Shown: positions 11,719 through 24,995, counted from the stretch's first letter. The stretch: 64,000 nucleotides of DNA from Squalus acanthias (GCA_030390025.1 CM059425.1:163868001-163932000); one strand, 5' to 3'. Translations and numbers: made by a program. The notes: generated by a model not told the origin, from the sequence alone.

Positions 11719-14700
11719 AGATGCTTATGTGTTAAGAAAGTTATTTCTAGCACCATCCATTGTGGTGATAATTACATTTTTCACAGTGAAGGCCAGTTAC
11801 AGTACTGCATGGTTTCCATACTCACAGCAATTGACCTCTGCCATTGCATCATGAGTTCCGGCCATTTGCAGGCCAACAACATATCGGTAAACTGCAGGGC
11901 ATGAAGACACAAATCCTGTGGTACTGTAACTGACTCAAAGAGAGTCAAAGGAGGAAAAAACACCAATGATGTCACAATAGGGGAGAGAGTGTGCGGCAAG
12001 GTTCTCCGATGCAGCACTGGAGGCCTTGGAGCAGGAGGTCAACTCGAGGAGAGTGGTCCTGTTTCCATAGGGGGCAGGAGGCCCTCCAGGCAAACGTGTA
12101 AAATCCAATGGGAGCAGATTGCCGCTAGGTGAATACCAGCAGTATAGCTCTGAGGACCTGAATGCCATGCAGGAAGTTGTTGAATGACCTCACACGAGTG
12201 GTCAAGGTCAGTGAATTCATCTTCATATGCCACATCCCACCATCTGCATCACTAGCCAAAACACTGCTCAATGCACCACACCCCCATCACTCACCAACCA
12301 ATAATCTCTACCAAACACAACACATACCTCACATTCATAGCTTCAGCTCACTCTCACACATTTCCCACTGCTGCAAGCCTCACACCATCACACAGCTTGC
12401 ACCTACTGCCAGCTATTCAACCATGACAGGTATATCACCCAAACACATTGCACCACACTCACTGACACACTTCTGTTTCTCTTGCAGGAAAAGGTGGTTC
12501 ACAACTGGCACCAGCTTGATCTAACCGGCGGGGGACAGGTGCGCCTGCATAGCCTGACCCCCCATGGAGGAGAGTGTGCTGGCCATTATTGGGAGGGGCA
12601 TTGCTGAGCCCGTGGCCAGCAGTGGTGCTGAAAGAATACAAGATGCCCGTATCCTTATACGTAATCCTCCTCACATCCCACTTCCCCCTCATCCCGCAAT
12701 CTCTTCTGATTTACAAGCATATTTGTCAACCATGATTTCTCTTTTATAAATCCGTGTTGACTCTGTCCAATCATATTATGATTTTCTAAGTGCCCTGTTA
12801 CCATGTCCCTAATAATAGATTCTAGCAATTTCCCTAGTACTGATGTCAAGCTGACTGATCTATAGTTCCCTATTTTCTCTCTCCCTTCTTTCTTGAAGAT
12901 GCGTATGTGTTAAGAAAGTTACTTCTAGCACCATCCATTGTGGTGATAATTACATTTTTCACAGTGAAGGCCAATTACAGTACTGCATGGTTTCCATACT
13001 CACAGCAATTGACCTCTGCCATTGCATCATGAGTTCCAGCCATTTGCAGGCCAACAACATATCGGTAAACTGCAGGGCATGAAGACACAAATCCTGTGGT
13101 ACTGTAACTGACTCCCACTTTGAAAACTTCAGTATCTTCACAATGGATGGTGCTACAAATAATTTATTTTAAAGACTTTGGCTTAGAAATTTAATTGCCC
13201 CCGCAAATGGTCGTGGAGATCGCAATGCGTGATCACCCCACGCCTGTTCAAAGGAATGCAGGCAGCACGCTAACTTTGTGCTGCATGCTAATTAGCATGT
13301 TTGCGGCGTTCAGCCCAGCGCTGAACGTGCTGCTGAGTGGCTGAACGCTCAGCAGGGGACCCAAGTTCGTGTGCGGCTAGTACCAATTAAAGCTAGCCTG
13401 GAATACTTAAAGTCGGTCTGCACCTCTTAAAGGGGAGGTGCATTCTGCAGCAGCTCATTCAACTGGCTGGGGTAGAGAGTCAAAGGAGGAAAAAACACCA
13501 ATGATGTCACAATAGGTGAGAGAGTGTGCGGCAAGGTTCTCCGATGCAGCACTGGAGGCCTTGGAGCAGGAGGTCAACTCGAGGAGAGTGGTCCTGTTTC
13601 TATAGGGGGCAGGAGGCCCTCCAGGCAAACGTGTAAAATCCAATGGGAGCAGATTGCCGTTAGGTGAATACCAGCAGTATAGCTCTGAGGACCTGAATGC
13701 CATGCAGGAAGTTGTTGAATGACCTCACACGAGTGGTCAAGGTCAGTGAATTCATCTTCATATGCCACATCCCACCATCTGCATCACTAGCCAAAACACT
13801 GCTCAATGCACCACACCCTCATCACTCACCAACCAAACACAACACATACCTCACATTCATAGCTTCAGCTCACCCTCACACATTTCCCACTGCTGCAAGC
13901 CTCACACCATCACACAGCTTGCACCTACTGCCAGCTATTCAACCATGACAGGCATATCACCCAAACACATTGCACCACACTCACTGACACACTTCTGTTT
14001 CTCTTGCAGGAAAAGGTGGTTCACAACTGGCACCAGCTTGATCTAACCGGCGGGGGACAGGTGCGCCTGCATAGCCTGACCCCCATGGAGGAGAGGGTGC
14101 TGGCCATTATTGGGAGGGGCATTGTTGAGCCCGTGGCCAGCAGTGGTGCTGAAAGAATACAAGATGCCCGTATCCTTATACGTAATCCTCCTCACATTCC
14201 ACTTCCCCCTCATCCCTCAATCTCTTCTGATTTACAAGCATATTTGTCAACCATGATTTCTCTTTTATAAATCCGTGTTGACTCTGTCCAGTCATATTAT
14301 GATTTTCTAAGTGCCCTGTTACCATGTCCCTAATAATAGATTCTAGCAATTTCCCTAGTACTGATGTCAAGCTGACTGATCTATAGTTCCCTATTTTCTC
14401 TCTCCCTTCTTTCTTGAAGATGCGTATGTGTTAAGAAAGTTACTTCTAGCACCATCCATTGTGGTGATAATTACATTTTTCACAGTGAAGGCCAATTACA
14501 GTACTGCATGGTTTCCATACTCACAGCAATTGACCTCTGCCATTGCATCATGAGTTCCAGCCATTTGCAGGCCAACAACATATCGGTAAACTGCAGGGCA
14601 TGAAGACACAAATCCTGTGGTACTGTAACTGACTCCCACTTTGAAAACTTCAGTATCTTCACAATGGATGGTGCTACAAATAATTTATTTTAAAGACTTT

Positions 14701-15773
14701 GGCTTAGAAATGTAATTGCCCCCGCAAATGGTCGTGGAGATCGCAATGCGTGATCACCCCGCGCCTGTTCAAAGGAATGCAGGCAGCACGCTAACTTTGT
14801 GCTGCATGCTAATTAGCATGTTTGTGGCGTTCAGCCCAGCGCTGAACGTGCTGCTGAGTGGCTGAACGCTCAGCAGGGGACCCAAGTTCGTGTGCGGCTA
14901 GCACCAATTAAAGCTAGCCTGGAATACTTAAAGTCGGTCTGCACCTCTTAAAGGGGAGGTGCATTCTGCAGCAGCTCATTCAACTGGCTGGGGTAGAGAG
15001 TCAAAGGAGGAAAAAACACCAATGATGTCACAATAGGGGAGAGAGTGTGCGGCAAGGTTCTCCGATGCAGCACTGGAGGCCTTGGAGCAGGAGGTCAACT
15101 CGAGGAGAGTGGTCCTGTTTCCATAGGGGGCAGGAGGCCCTCCAGGCAAACGTGTAAAATCCAATGGGAGCAGATTGCCGTTAGGTGAATACCAGCAGTA
15201 TAGCTCTGAGGACCTGAATGCCATGCAGGAAGTTGTTGAATGACCTCACACGAGTGGTTAAGGTCAGTGAATTCATCTTCATATGCCACATCCCACCATC
15301 TGCATCACTAGCCAAAACACTGCTCAATGCACTACATCCCCATCACTCACCAACCAATAATCTCTACCAAACACAACACATACCTCACATTCATAGCTTC
15401 AGCTCACCCTCACACATTTCCTACTGCTGCAAGCCTCACACCATCGCACAGCTTGCACCTACTGCCAGCTATTCAACCATGACAGGCATATCACCCAAAC
15501 ACATTGCACCACACTCACTGACACACTTCTGTTTCTCTTGCAGGAAAAGGTGGCTCACAACCGGCCCCAGCTTGATCTAACCGGCGGGGGACAGGTGCAC
15601 CTGCATAGCCTGACCCCCATGGAGGAGAGGGTGCTGGCCATTATTGGGAGGGGCATTGCTGAGCCCATGGCCAGCAGTGGTGCTGAAAGAATACAAGATG
15701 CCCGTATCCTTATACGTAATCCTCCTCACATCCCACTTCCCCCTCATCCCGCAATCTCTTCTGATTTACAAGC
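11540..15773. repeat. Tandem triplication of a chimeric ~1.5 kb unit (CR1 piece + MITE + Harbinger left end)
   Basis: catatttgtcaaccatgattt recurs at 11540, 12718 and 14239; units are near-identical; unit 1 lacks ~350 bp. Confidence 0.95.
12911..13170. mobile_element. MITE with ~35-bp TIRs (repeated at ~14432-14691, truncated at ~11733-11936)
   Basis: aagttacttctagcaccatccattgtg versus cacaatggatggtgctacaaataattt. Confidence 0.6.
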
Positions 15774-16650
15774 TGCAGATGGTGCAAGCATGCACCTCCT
15801 GCTTCCCCTCCCCCCTTCCCCGCAACACAACCTTACCCTTGTGCTTTTCTCCTTTCAGATAGCCAAGCATTAACACCTGGCCAGGCACGGATAGAGGAGC
15901 ACGAAATAGAAGAACACCAAGGCATTGATGATGAAGACACAGCACCATCACTCAATTTCAAACTCGCAGCCACCAGCTCAGATACTGACAATCCGCTTAG
16001 GTTAGAGGATAGGTTAGAGGTGGGATCTGCATGTGGTGAGACACCAGGCACAAGTGGGCTGCAGCCAGGGCAGGAGGAAATGATAGCGTAGGTGTCAGCT
16101 CCCTGGAGGGCGAGGTCGCACACGAGTTCTGCTGCAGAGGACTCAGATGAGGAATTCAATGGGGCGGCCTACAGAAGAAGGCTGATGGGTATGCACACTG
16201 AAATGCTTGGTGCATTGGTCGGCCTGCAGAAAGCCTGAGTGCAATGTCAAGGAGCATGGAGGAGACAGGCACCAACCTTGCACATAGCTTTGTGCAGAGC
16301 TTGGAGTCCATGATTCCCAGCATGGAAGAGATGGGCAACTCCATTAGAGCACTTGTGGACCCAAATATGATGCAGAATCTAATGGCTGATGTCTCAGCTT
16401 CCGTTGCAGCACAAGCAGAAGCCACACAATGTCTGAGTGCTGCAGTGGAAGCTCAGACATATGTTATGCAAGCTCAGACTGCTTTCATGCAGGCTCAGCT
16501 TGCTGCCACGCAACTCAGACTGCTGCCATCGTGCTGCATTTACAAGTCTAGAAAGGAGTTTGCAGGGTGTCACAGCAGTCCAACTATCTTTCCTCTAACA
16601 GATTACTAGGAATGCTGAGGGCACCACCTCGAGGGAGTGGCAGTGACTCT
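14701..16650 (+). pseudogene. Harbinger left end plus spliced Myb/SANT-like DNA-binding gene, disrupted
   Basis: TIR ggcttagaaat; ARFSDAALEALEQEV...CRKLLNDLTRVVK then GT-AG intron 15263-15543; downstream Ala/Gln-rich coiled-coil ORF 16244-16609. Confidence 0.75.
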
Positions 16651-16893
16651 GTGGATTTCTCTAGACTCCAAAAATCTACCTATCTCAGCTTTGAATATAC
16701 TCAACAACTGAGCAGCCACACCTCTAAGGTTAGTTACTGATTCATTTCTACTCGCTCTGTGTAAGTTTGTGGAAGTGTTTGGAGCCTTCCAGAGTTGTTT
16801 AAAGTTGATGAGGTGACAGGGAGTGGGTGCTGCAAGTGGAGAAGGCCTTGCTTCTGAATTCAAAGGTTCTGGTCAGACCACTTTCTCCCAGTC

Positions 16894-17993
16894 ATGGGTG
16901 CTTTAGTTGTCATCCCCTTTGGCCTATAGCATGACAGGGAGCTGGAGCAGAGGCAGCAAAGAAGAAGACAAGCTGCTTGCAGAGGGAGGAGGAGGAGGGG
17001 AGAAGGGCTCTCAGCAGGAGGCCTTACCCACATAGGGTCTTCTGAGAGCAATTGTCTTACCTCAGCCTGAGCCAGGAGCAGTGTGTGAGGCATCTGCACT
17101 TTACGAAGGAGGTGCTCACAGAACTCTGCCACCTCTTGCGGTCAGACCTGCAGCCTCGCACCAGGGCAAGGACAGCGCTGTCAGTGGCTGTGAAGGTGAC
17201 CGTGGCCCTGAAATTCTTCACATCGGGACCCCTCCAGGCTGGAGCAGGCGACATCTGTAACATCTCCCAGTGCGCTGTCCACTGCTGCATAAGGGAGGTG
17301 ACAGACGCTCTTTATGCCAGGCGAGGGGAGTTCATTGTCTTCCCTCTGACCAGAGAGCAGCAGGCGGAGCGTGCACATGGCTTTGCCAGGATCGTGGGCT
17401 TCCCCATGGTGCAGGGAGCCATCGACTGCAGGCACGTGGCTTTGCATGCGCCGCATCTAAATGCTGAGATGCACCGCAACCGCAAAGGTTATCACTCGCT
17501 GAATGTGCAGTTGGTGAATGCCCGGTATCCTGGCAGCAGTCATGATGCTTTTATTTTGCGCCAATCCACTCTTCCCTCAGTCTTTGAGCCATCACGACAA
17601 ACCAGAGGGTGGCTATTGGGTGACAAGGGCTATCTGCTGACCACCTGGCTCATGACTCTCTGAACACCAACATTTAATAGTTTCTCACCATTTAAAAAAA
17701 TATTCTACTTTTCTATTCTTCCTACCAAAGTGAATAACCTCACATTTCCCCACATAATACTCCATCTACCACCTTATTGCCCACTCACTTAACCTGTCTA
17801 TATCCCTTGGATACATTGCACTCGGTCCTTTCATCTAGGTCTGATAAAGCAGACCATAGGCATGCTTAAACAACACTTCCGCTGCCTGGACCGCTCTGGA
17901 AGAGTCCTGTGGTACTCACCAGAGCGTGTCTCAAGATTCATTGTAATCTGCTGCATGCTCCACAACCTCGTCATCATGCGACCAACTGAAGAG

Positions 17994-18026
<33 letters not shown>

Positions 18027-18131
18027 AAAGAAGAGGAGGAGGAGCAAGTGGAAGGGAGGAAAGAAGGTTGGAGGCAACCTAGACAGCCCCTTTCTGCCTG
18101 GGCTGTCTGTGATCAACTCATCCGACTGTAG
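16894..18131 (+). pseudogene. Harbinger (HARBI1-like) DDE transposase, disrupted
   Basis: FPMVQGAIDC..H, NRKGYHSLNVQ, ARYPGSSHD, WLLGDKGY, LKQHFRCLDRSG...CCMLHN; interrupted by a CR1 fragment at ~17665-17840. Confidence 0.9.
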
Positions 18132-19298
18132 TACCAGTGACTGCAACCCCAATTCCCCATTCAGCAATAGTCCCAGACCTTACCTTCCCTCTGTTATTGA
18201 ACATCACAGAGTCCTTTTGGCCACAATGCTGAAATAAAAGCCACCACAGAAGAAACATTCCAATCCAACTTTATACATCAATCTATCCAATATTACATAA
18301 CAAAATCAACTAATCACCCTTGTGCATTCCCTTAGTACCTGTCTTCAGTGTGCCTTTGCCTATCGTAGTGTTCCTACGAAGTGCTACCCCAGTGGCTGCA
18401 ACATGGCTGGTGGAAGGGTGCTGCCTTTCAGTGGGCGAGACTGCAGATGGCTTTGCAGGACAACCTCGAGCACCTGGTGGCTGGGAGTGTGAAATCGAGT
18501 GACGGTGTTTCTTCTTCTTCACTCTCCTCTCCCTCTTCTTGGTCAACCACTGGCTGGGCAGGCTGCATTTCTTGGGTGTCTGAAATGAGAAAGGCACAAG
18601 GGTAGAGTTGTGGTGAGGGGAGGGAGTTTGTGAAGCTTGTAAATCAGAAGATATTGTGGGATGAGTGGGAAGTGGGATGTGAGAACGAGGATAAAGTATA
18701 AGGATACCAGCATCTTGTATTCTTTTAGCCCCCCTGCCAAGAATGGCCAGCACCGTTTCCTCCAAGGGGGTGAGGTGAAGCGAGGAATGTGAGGTGTGCC
18801 TTGTGTTTTATAGAGATTGTTGGCAGGTGAGTGATAGGGGTGTGGTACATTGAGCAGTGTGTGAGGCTAGTAGTGCAGTTGGTAGGAGATGGCTTTTGAA
18901 GATGCATTCACTGGTATTGACCAGTCACTTGAGGTCATGAAACTTCTTTGGACACTGGAGCCAGGTCCCGTGGGCAACACTGCTGGCAGTGATGGCATCG
19001 GCGATTTGGTCCCACATCCTTCTTTCTGGAGGGCCTCCTGCCCCCCTGTTGATCCCACTGCACAAAGCTCAAGTGGTGCGTCTGAAACTCTGGGTGCCCT
19101 TTCCCTGGCCTGTTGAGCCATTTGTGTTAGTGCTGAAGCACTTTTACCATTTTTGATCAGCAGAGAGCAGCTCACCTTTAAGAGGTGCCAACAAAAACAA
19201 CAACTGCAAAACAGCTAAAGTGATGTCACAACCAGGGAAGGAGTTGATTGGTGAGTAGCTGGTAAGTGTTTCTAGTAAATAGTCTATTAAGTAAAGGC

Positions 19299-20264
19299 AT
19301 GGCAGGGTAGCTCAGTCCCATGGTTTGCACATCCTGTGCCATGTGGGGACTCCAGGATGCTTCCCGTGTCCTGGACAACCACATGTGCAGAAAGTGTCGT
19401 CAGCTGGAGAAGCTCGAGCTCCGGGTTTTGGAGCTTGAGCAGCAGCTGGCATCACTGCGGTGCATCCATGAGGCTGAGAGCTTCTTGGATAGCATGTTTC
19501 AAGAGGTGGTCACCCCGTAGATAAAGAGTGTGCAAGCAGAAAGGGAATGGGTGACCACCAGACAGAAGAGGAGGACCAGGCAGGGAGTGCAGGAGTCCCC
19601 TGAGTGCATCTCGCTCTCCAACCGGTATTCGGTTCTGAGTACTGGTGAGGGTGACGGTTCCTCTGGGGGGGTACAGCCAGAGCCAAGTCTGCGGCACCAC
19701 AGGTGGCTCAGCTGTACAGGGGGGGCGGGGGGGGGGGGGAGGAAGAAGAGTGGGAAACCAATAGTGGTAGGGGATTCGATAGTTAGGGGAGCAGACAGGT
19801 GTTTCTGTGGCCGCAGACATGACTCCAGGATGGTATGTTGCCTCCCTGGTGCCAGGGTCAAGGATGTCATCGAGCGGCTGCAGAACATTCTGAGGCGGGA
19901 GGGTGAACAGCCAGAGGTTGTGGTCCATATCGGTACCAACGACATAGGTAGAAAGAGGGATGAGGTCCTGCAGGCAGATTTCAGGGAGCTAGGAAAGAGA
20001 TTAAAAAGCAGGACCTCAAAGGTAGTAATCTCCGGATTACTCCCAGTGCCACGCGCTAGTGAGTATAGAAATAGAAGGATAGCGCAGATGAATGCGTGGC
20101 TGGAGAGATGGTGCAGGAGGGAGGGCTTCAGATTCCTGGGGCATTGGGACCGGTTCTGGGGGAGGTGGGACCTGTACAGGCCGGACGGGTTGCACCTCAA
20201 CAGGGCCGGAACCAATATCCTCGCGGGGAGGTTTGCTAGTGCTGTTGGGGAGGGTTTAAACTAA
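19299..20264 (+). pseudogene. CR1 ORF1 (zinc finger/leucine zipper + SGNH esterase) with premature stops
   Basis: CTSC..CRKC, VVGDSIVR, HIGTND, DGLHLN; stops at codon 4 and at 19518-19520. Confidence 0.9.
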
Positions 20265-21802
20265 TTTGGCAGGGGGATGGGCACCAGGATGTAACATTAG
20301 AAAGGAGAAATAAAGTGCTCAAATGATTGGGAGAGGCAGAGAGCACTAAAGTAAAGTATTAGGTAGGGGTCAAACGAAGAGAGAATACAGGATGGTCTAA
20401 GATGGGTTTACAGCGTATATATGTGAACGCACGAAGCATAGTAAACAAGGTAAGTGAGCTGCAGGCACAAATAGCCACGTGGGAATATGATGTTGTGGCA
20501 ATAACTGAGACCTGGCTCAAAAAAGGGCAGGATTGAGTATTAAATATTCCTGGTTATAAAGTGTTCAGGAAAGATGGTGTGTGTGGCAGTATTGGTCAAG
20601 GAGAATGTTACAGTGCTGGAGAGCGAGGATGTCCTGAAGGGGTCAAGGACAGAATCTATATGGCTAGAGTTAAGAAATAATAGAGGTGCCATTACACTAC
20701 TAGTTGTATTCTATAGACCACCAAATAGTGGGAAAGATATGGAGGAGCAAATTTGCAGAGATATTACAGAAAGGTGCAAGAACTATAAAGTAGTAATAAT
20801 GGGGGACTTCAACTATCCTAATATAGTCTGAGATCGTAATAGTGTTAAGGGTAGAGAAGGGAAAGAATTTCTCAAGTGTGTTCAGGAGAACTTTCTTGAT
20901 CAGTATGTTTCGGCCCAACGAAAAAAAGAGGCATTGCTGGATCTGGTTCTGGGGAATGAGGTAGGTCAAGTGAAGCAAGTGTCAGTAGGTGAACATTTAG
21001 GGAACAGTGATCATAGTATCACCTCCCCTTTCAGCATTCCGTAGGGACCGCTCCCTCCGAGACACCCTAGTCCACTCCTCTATCACCCCCAGCACCCCTT
21101 CCCCTTCACCCGGCACCTTCCCGTGCAAGCGCAGGAGATGCAACACCTGCCCTTATACATCCCCCCTTCCCACTCTCCAGGGCCCCAAACACCCCTTCCA
21201 GGTGAAACAGCGATTTACTTGTACTTCTTGCAATCTAGTATACTGTATTCGCTGCTCACGATGTGGTCTCCTCTACATTGGGGAGACCAAACGCAGATTG
21301 GGTGACCGCTTTGCGGAACACCTCCGTTCAGTCCGGAAGGGTGACCCCGAGCTTCCGGTCGCTTGTCATTTTAATTCACCCCTCCACGCTCACTCAGACC
21401 TCACCGTCCTCGGCCTCTTGCATTGTTCCACGGAAGCGCAGTGTAAGCTCCAGGAACAGCACCTCATCTTCCGTTTAGGCACTTTACAGCCTTCCGGACT
21501 CAATATCGAGTTCAACAATTTCAGATCATAACCCCAGCCCCTACCACATATGTATACATTTTATCCACTCTTTTGGTCCGTGCCTTTTTCCTTTTTTTCT
21601 CTCTCTCCCCCCACGGCAGCTGTCTCTGATTCTGCCAGCATTTCACACCTTACCTTTTGTTTCTCAACCTGTCCCATTACCATCTCGTCTTGCCTTGAGC
21701 ATCTCTCAATGTCTCTACTCACTAAAGACCATCCCTTTTGTTCTTTTATTCCTCCCCCCAGCCTCCCCCTTGCATTTTTATCTGTTTATTTCTTGCTCTC
21801 TC

Positions 21803-21838
21803 AGTTCCGACGAAGGGTTTTGACCTGAAACGTTAACT
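21803..21838 (+). ncRNA. Minimal type I HHR motif, variant core CCGACGA (5' pLTR)
   Basis: agtt-CCGACGA-agggttttgacct-GAAA-cgtt-aact; palindromic AACGTT helix III. Confidence 0.65.
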
Positions 21839-21973
21839 CTCTTTCTCTCTCCACGGATGTTGCCTGGCCTGCTGAGTTTTTCCAGCGTTTTCTGTTGTTA
21901 TTTCGGATTTCCAGCATCCGCAGTATTTTGCTATCGTATTAGTGTTTGGTTCACTGCCACCTCTCTTCTAGGA

Positions 21974-24724
21974 ATGCCTACCTTGAAGAAGTTCTGCTCT
22001 TCTCTTCGACGGGATTTCCGTTTGGCTCTTCAACCTTGTTCATCGTCATTGCTTTCAGTTTCCCTTCTCGTGTTTGATCAGGTATCTGCCAAGACTCGGT
22101 TTCACAGCCACATTACTTTCCTCAGCAACTGTCTCCGGTTCCGACTTATCCCACGTGGATTCCTACTAAACTTCCACCCTTCGTGTTTCGGATCAACCCA
22201 GGATTACAAATATCTCCAAGATATTCATCGTTCCTCGAACTACTGCTCTCGCCGCATCTTGAGATCCACGCTCAACGCCATGCGGCGCCACATGAACACT
22301 CTCGACATCTCTCTTCAGCAGCACCGACGCACTCTATCTCAAAGCTGTCCGGGTCCACAGTTCCATTTCATCCTTAGACTCATCCGACGCTTCAACAAAA
22401 AACTTTTCTTCTTCCTTTCCGATGTCAAGGATCGCAAGCTTCAACAACTCTTGGACACTAATGCCCCTCCGGAACCTTCTTCCCCTTCACTTTCCTCTGA
22501 CCCCCCTTCTCCCAATCTCACCCCCTGCCGCGTTTTCACTATCCCCTCTGACCTTCCCCTCTCTGACTCCGAACGATCAGTCCTCAGCAAAGGCCTGAGC
22601 TTCATCCCCTTACGCCCCCATCTCAATGAATTTCGAGCTCGGCACGATGCTGAGCTCTTTTTCCGCCGCCTCCGTCTCCGTGCCCACTTCTCTGGCCAGG
22701 AGTCTTCCCCCCGCACGGCTGACCCTTTCTCCCGCTTTCAGAATTCTCATTCCACCTGGACCCCTCCCTTTGGCCTCTTACCCTCTCTAGATCTTTTCAT
22801 TGCTAACTGCCGCCGTGACATCGGCCAGCTCAATTTCTCTGCTCCCCTCTCTCACTCCAACCTACCTCCCTCTGAACTTGCAGCACTCCATTCTCTCAGA
22901 TCCAACCCCGACATTGTCATTAAACCTGCTGACAAGGGTGGTGCTGTTGTTGTTTGGCGAACCGACCTCTACCTAGTGGAAGTTGAACGCCAACTCTCCG
23001 ACACCTCCTCCTACCTCCACCTGGACCATGACCCCACTACAGAACATCAAGCCACTGTGTCCAAGACTGTCACTGACCTCATCTCCTCTGGAGATCTTCC
23101 CCCCGCGGCCGCCAACCTCATAGTTCCCCAACCCCGCACAGCCCGCTTCTACCTCCTTCCCAAGATCCACAAACAGGACTGCCCTGGTAGACCCATCGTT
23201 TCAGCCTGCTCTTGCCCCACGGAACTTATCTCTTCCTATCTCGATTCTATTTTTTCTCCCCTTGTCCAGTCCCTTCCCACCTACATCCGCAATTCCTCTG
23301 ATGCCCTCCGCCACTTTAACAGTTTCCAGTTTCCTGGCCCCAACCGCCTCCTTTTCACCATGGACGTACAATCCCTCTACACCTCCATCCCCCACCAGGA
23401 TGGCCTGAGGGCGCTCCGCTTCTTCCTTGAACAGAGGCCCAACCAGTCCCCATCCACCGCCACCCTCCTCCGCCTGGCTGAACTTGTTCTCACATTGAAC
23501 AACTTCTCCTTTGACTCCACTCATTTCCTCCAAATCAAAGGTGTTGCTATGGGTACCCGCATGGGTCCTAGCTATGCCTGCCTTTTCGTGGGATATGTGG
23601 AACACTCTTTGTTCCAGTCCTACTCGGGTCCCCTCCCTCACCTCTTTTTCCGGTACATTGACGACTGTATCGGTGCCGTTTCCTGCTCTCGCCCTGAACT
23701 AGACAATTTCATTCACTTTGCCTCCAATTTCCACCCTTCCCTCACCTTCACATGGTCCATCTCCGACTCTTCCCTCCCCTTCCTCGACTTCTCCGTCTCC
23801 ATCTCTGGGGATAGATTATTGACCAACATTCACTACAAGCCCACTGACTCCCACAGCTACCTGGACTACACTTCCTCCCACCCCGCCACCTGTAAGGACT
23901 CTATTCCCTTCTCCCAGTTTCTCCGTCTCCGCCGCATCTGCTCCGACGATGCCACCTTCCATACCAGTGCTTCCGACATGTCTTCCTTTTTCCTCAACCG
24001 AGGATTCCCCTCTACTGTGGTCAACACGGCCCTCGACCGTGTCCGTTCCATCTCCCGCACTTCTGCCCTCACCCCGGCCCCTCCCTCCCGGAACCACGAT
24101 AGAGTTCCCCTTGTCCTCACCTTTCACCCCACCAGCCTCCACATGCAACGGATCATCCTCCGCCATTTCCGCCACCTCCAATGTGATCCCACCACCAAAT
24201 GTATCTTCCCCTCACCTCCCCTTTCAGCATTCCGTAGGGACCGCTCCCTCCGAGACACCCTAGTCCACTCCTCTATCACCCCCAGCACCCCTTCCCCTTC
24301 ACCCGGCACCTTCCCGTGCAAGCGCAGGAGATGCAACACCTGCCCTTATACATCCCCCCTTCCCACTCTCCAGGGCCCCAAACACCCCTTCCAGGTGAAA
24401 CAGCGATTTACTTGTACTTCTTGCAATCTAGTATACTGTATTCGCTGCTCACGATGTGGTCTCCTCTACATTGGGGAGACCAAACGCAGATTGGGTGACC
24501 GCTTTGCAGAACACCTCCGTTCAGTCCGGAAGGGTGACCCCGAGCTTCCGGTCGCTTGTCATTTTAATTCACCCCTCCACGCTCACTCAGACCTCACCGT
24601 CCTCGGCCTCTTGCATTGTTCCACGGAAGCGCAGCGTAAGCTCCAGGAACAGCACCTCATCTTCCGTTTAGGCACTTTACAGCCTTCCGGACTCAATATC
24701 GAGTTCAACAATTTCAGATCATAA
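21974..24724 (+). CDS. Intact PLE polyprotein: reverse transcriptase + Cys linker + GIY-YIG endonuclease (916 aa from ATG 21974)
   Basis: IKPADKG, FYLLPKIHK, GRPIVS, MDVQSLYTSIP, GVAMGT, RYIDD, FLD, CKRRRCNTC, VYCIRC..C...YIGET; no stops or frameshifts. Confidence 0.95.
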   Translation: MPTLKKFCSSLRRDFRLALQPCSSSLLSVSLLVFDQVSAKTRFHSHITFLSNCLRFRLIPRGFLLNFHPSCFGSTQDYKYLQDIHRSSNYCSRRILRSTLNAMRRHMNTLDISLQQHRRTLSQSCPGPQFHFILRLIRRFNKKLFFFLSDVKDRKLQQLLDTNAPPEPSSPSLSSDPPSPNLTPCRVFTIPSDLPLSDSERSVLSKGLSFIPLRPHLNEFRARHDAELFFRRLRLRAHFSGQESSPRTADPFSRFQNSHSTWTPPFGLLPSLDLFIANCRRDIGQLNFSAPLSHSNLPPSELAALHSLRSNPDIVIKPADKGGAVVVWRTDLYLVEVERQLSDTSSYLHLDHDPTTEHQATVSKTVTDLISSGDLPPAAANLIVPQPRTARFYLLPKIHKQDCPGRPIVSACSCPTELISSYLDSIFSPLVQSLPTYIRNSSDALRHFNSFQFPGPNRLLFTMDVQSLYTSIPHQDGLRALRFFLEQRPNQSPSTATLLRLAELVLTLNNFSFDSTHFLQIKGVAMGTRMGPSYACLFVGYVEHSLFQSYSGPLPHLFFRYIDDCIGAVSCSRPELDNFIHFASNFHPSLTFTWSISDSSLPFLDFSVSISGDRLLTNIHYKPTDSHSYLDYTSSHPATCKDSIPFSQFLRLRRICSDDATFHTSASDMSSFFLNRGFPSTVVNTALDRVRSISRTSALTPAPPSRNHDRVPLVLTFHPTSLHMQRIILRHFRHLQCDPTTKCIFPSPPLSAFRRDRSLRDTLVHSSITPSTPSPSPGTFPCKRRRCNTCPYTSPLPTLQGPKHPFQVKQRFTCTSCNLVYCIRCSRCGLLYIGETKRRLGDRFAEHLRSVRKGDPELPVACHFNSPLHAHSDLTVLGLLHCSTEAQRKLQEQHLIFRLGTLQPSGLNIEFNNFRS

Positions 24725-24995
24725 CCCCAGCCCCTACCACATATGTATACATTTTATCCACTCTTTTGGTCCGTGCCTTTTTCCTTTTTTTCTCTCTCTC
24801 CCCCCACGGCAGCTGTCTCTGATTCTGCCAGCATTTCACACCTTATCTTTTGTTTCTTAACCTGTCCCATTACCATCTCGTCTTGCCTTGAGCATCTCTC
24901 AATGTCTCTACTCACTAAAGACCATCCCTTTTGTTCTTTTATTCCTCCCCCCAGCCTCCCCCTTGCATTTTTATCTGTTTATTTCTTGCTCTCTC

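Noticed and set aside
11540..15773. CRISPR array or LTR element interpretation of the repeats
   Set aside because: The units are kilobase-scale with no spacers, no TG...CA ends and no gag/pol; the context is eukaryotic
17052..17663. Domesticated HARBI1 gene
   Set aside because: It has stops, an internal deletion and a CR1 insertion, and sits within a multicopy TIR element
21857..21973. N-terminal 39-codon extension of the 955-aa ORF
   Set aside because: It starts inside the pLTR, and the same peptide appears in non-coding copies (25050, 53240); ATG 21974 is the more plausible start
22441..24339. Antisense ORFs over the PLE
   Set aside because: They are shadows of the C-rich coding strand
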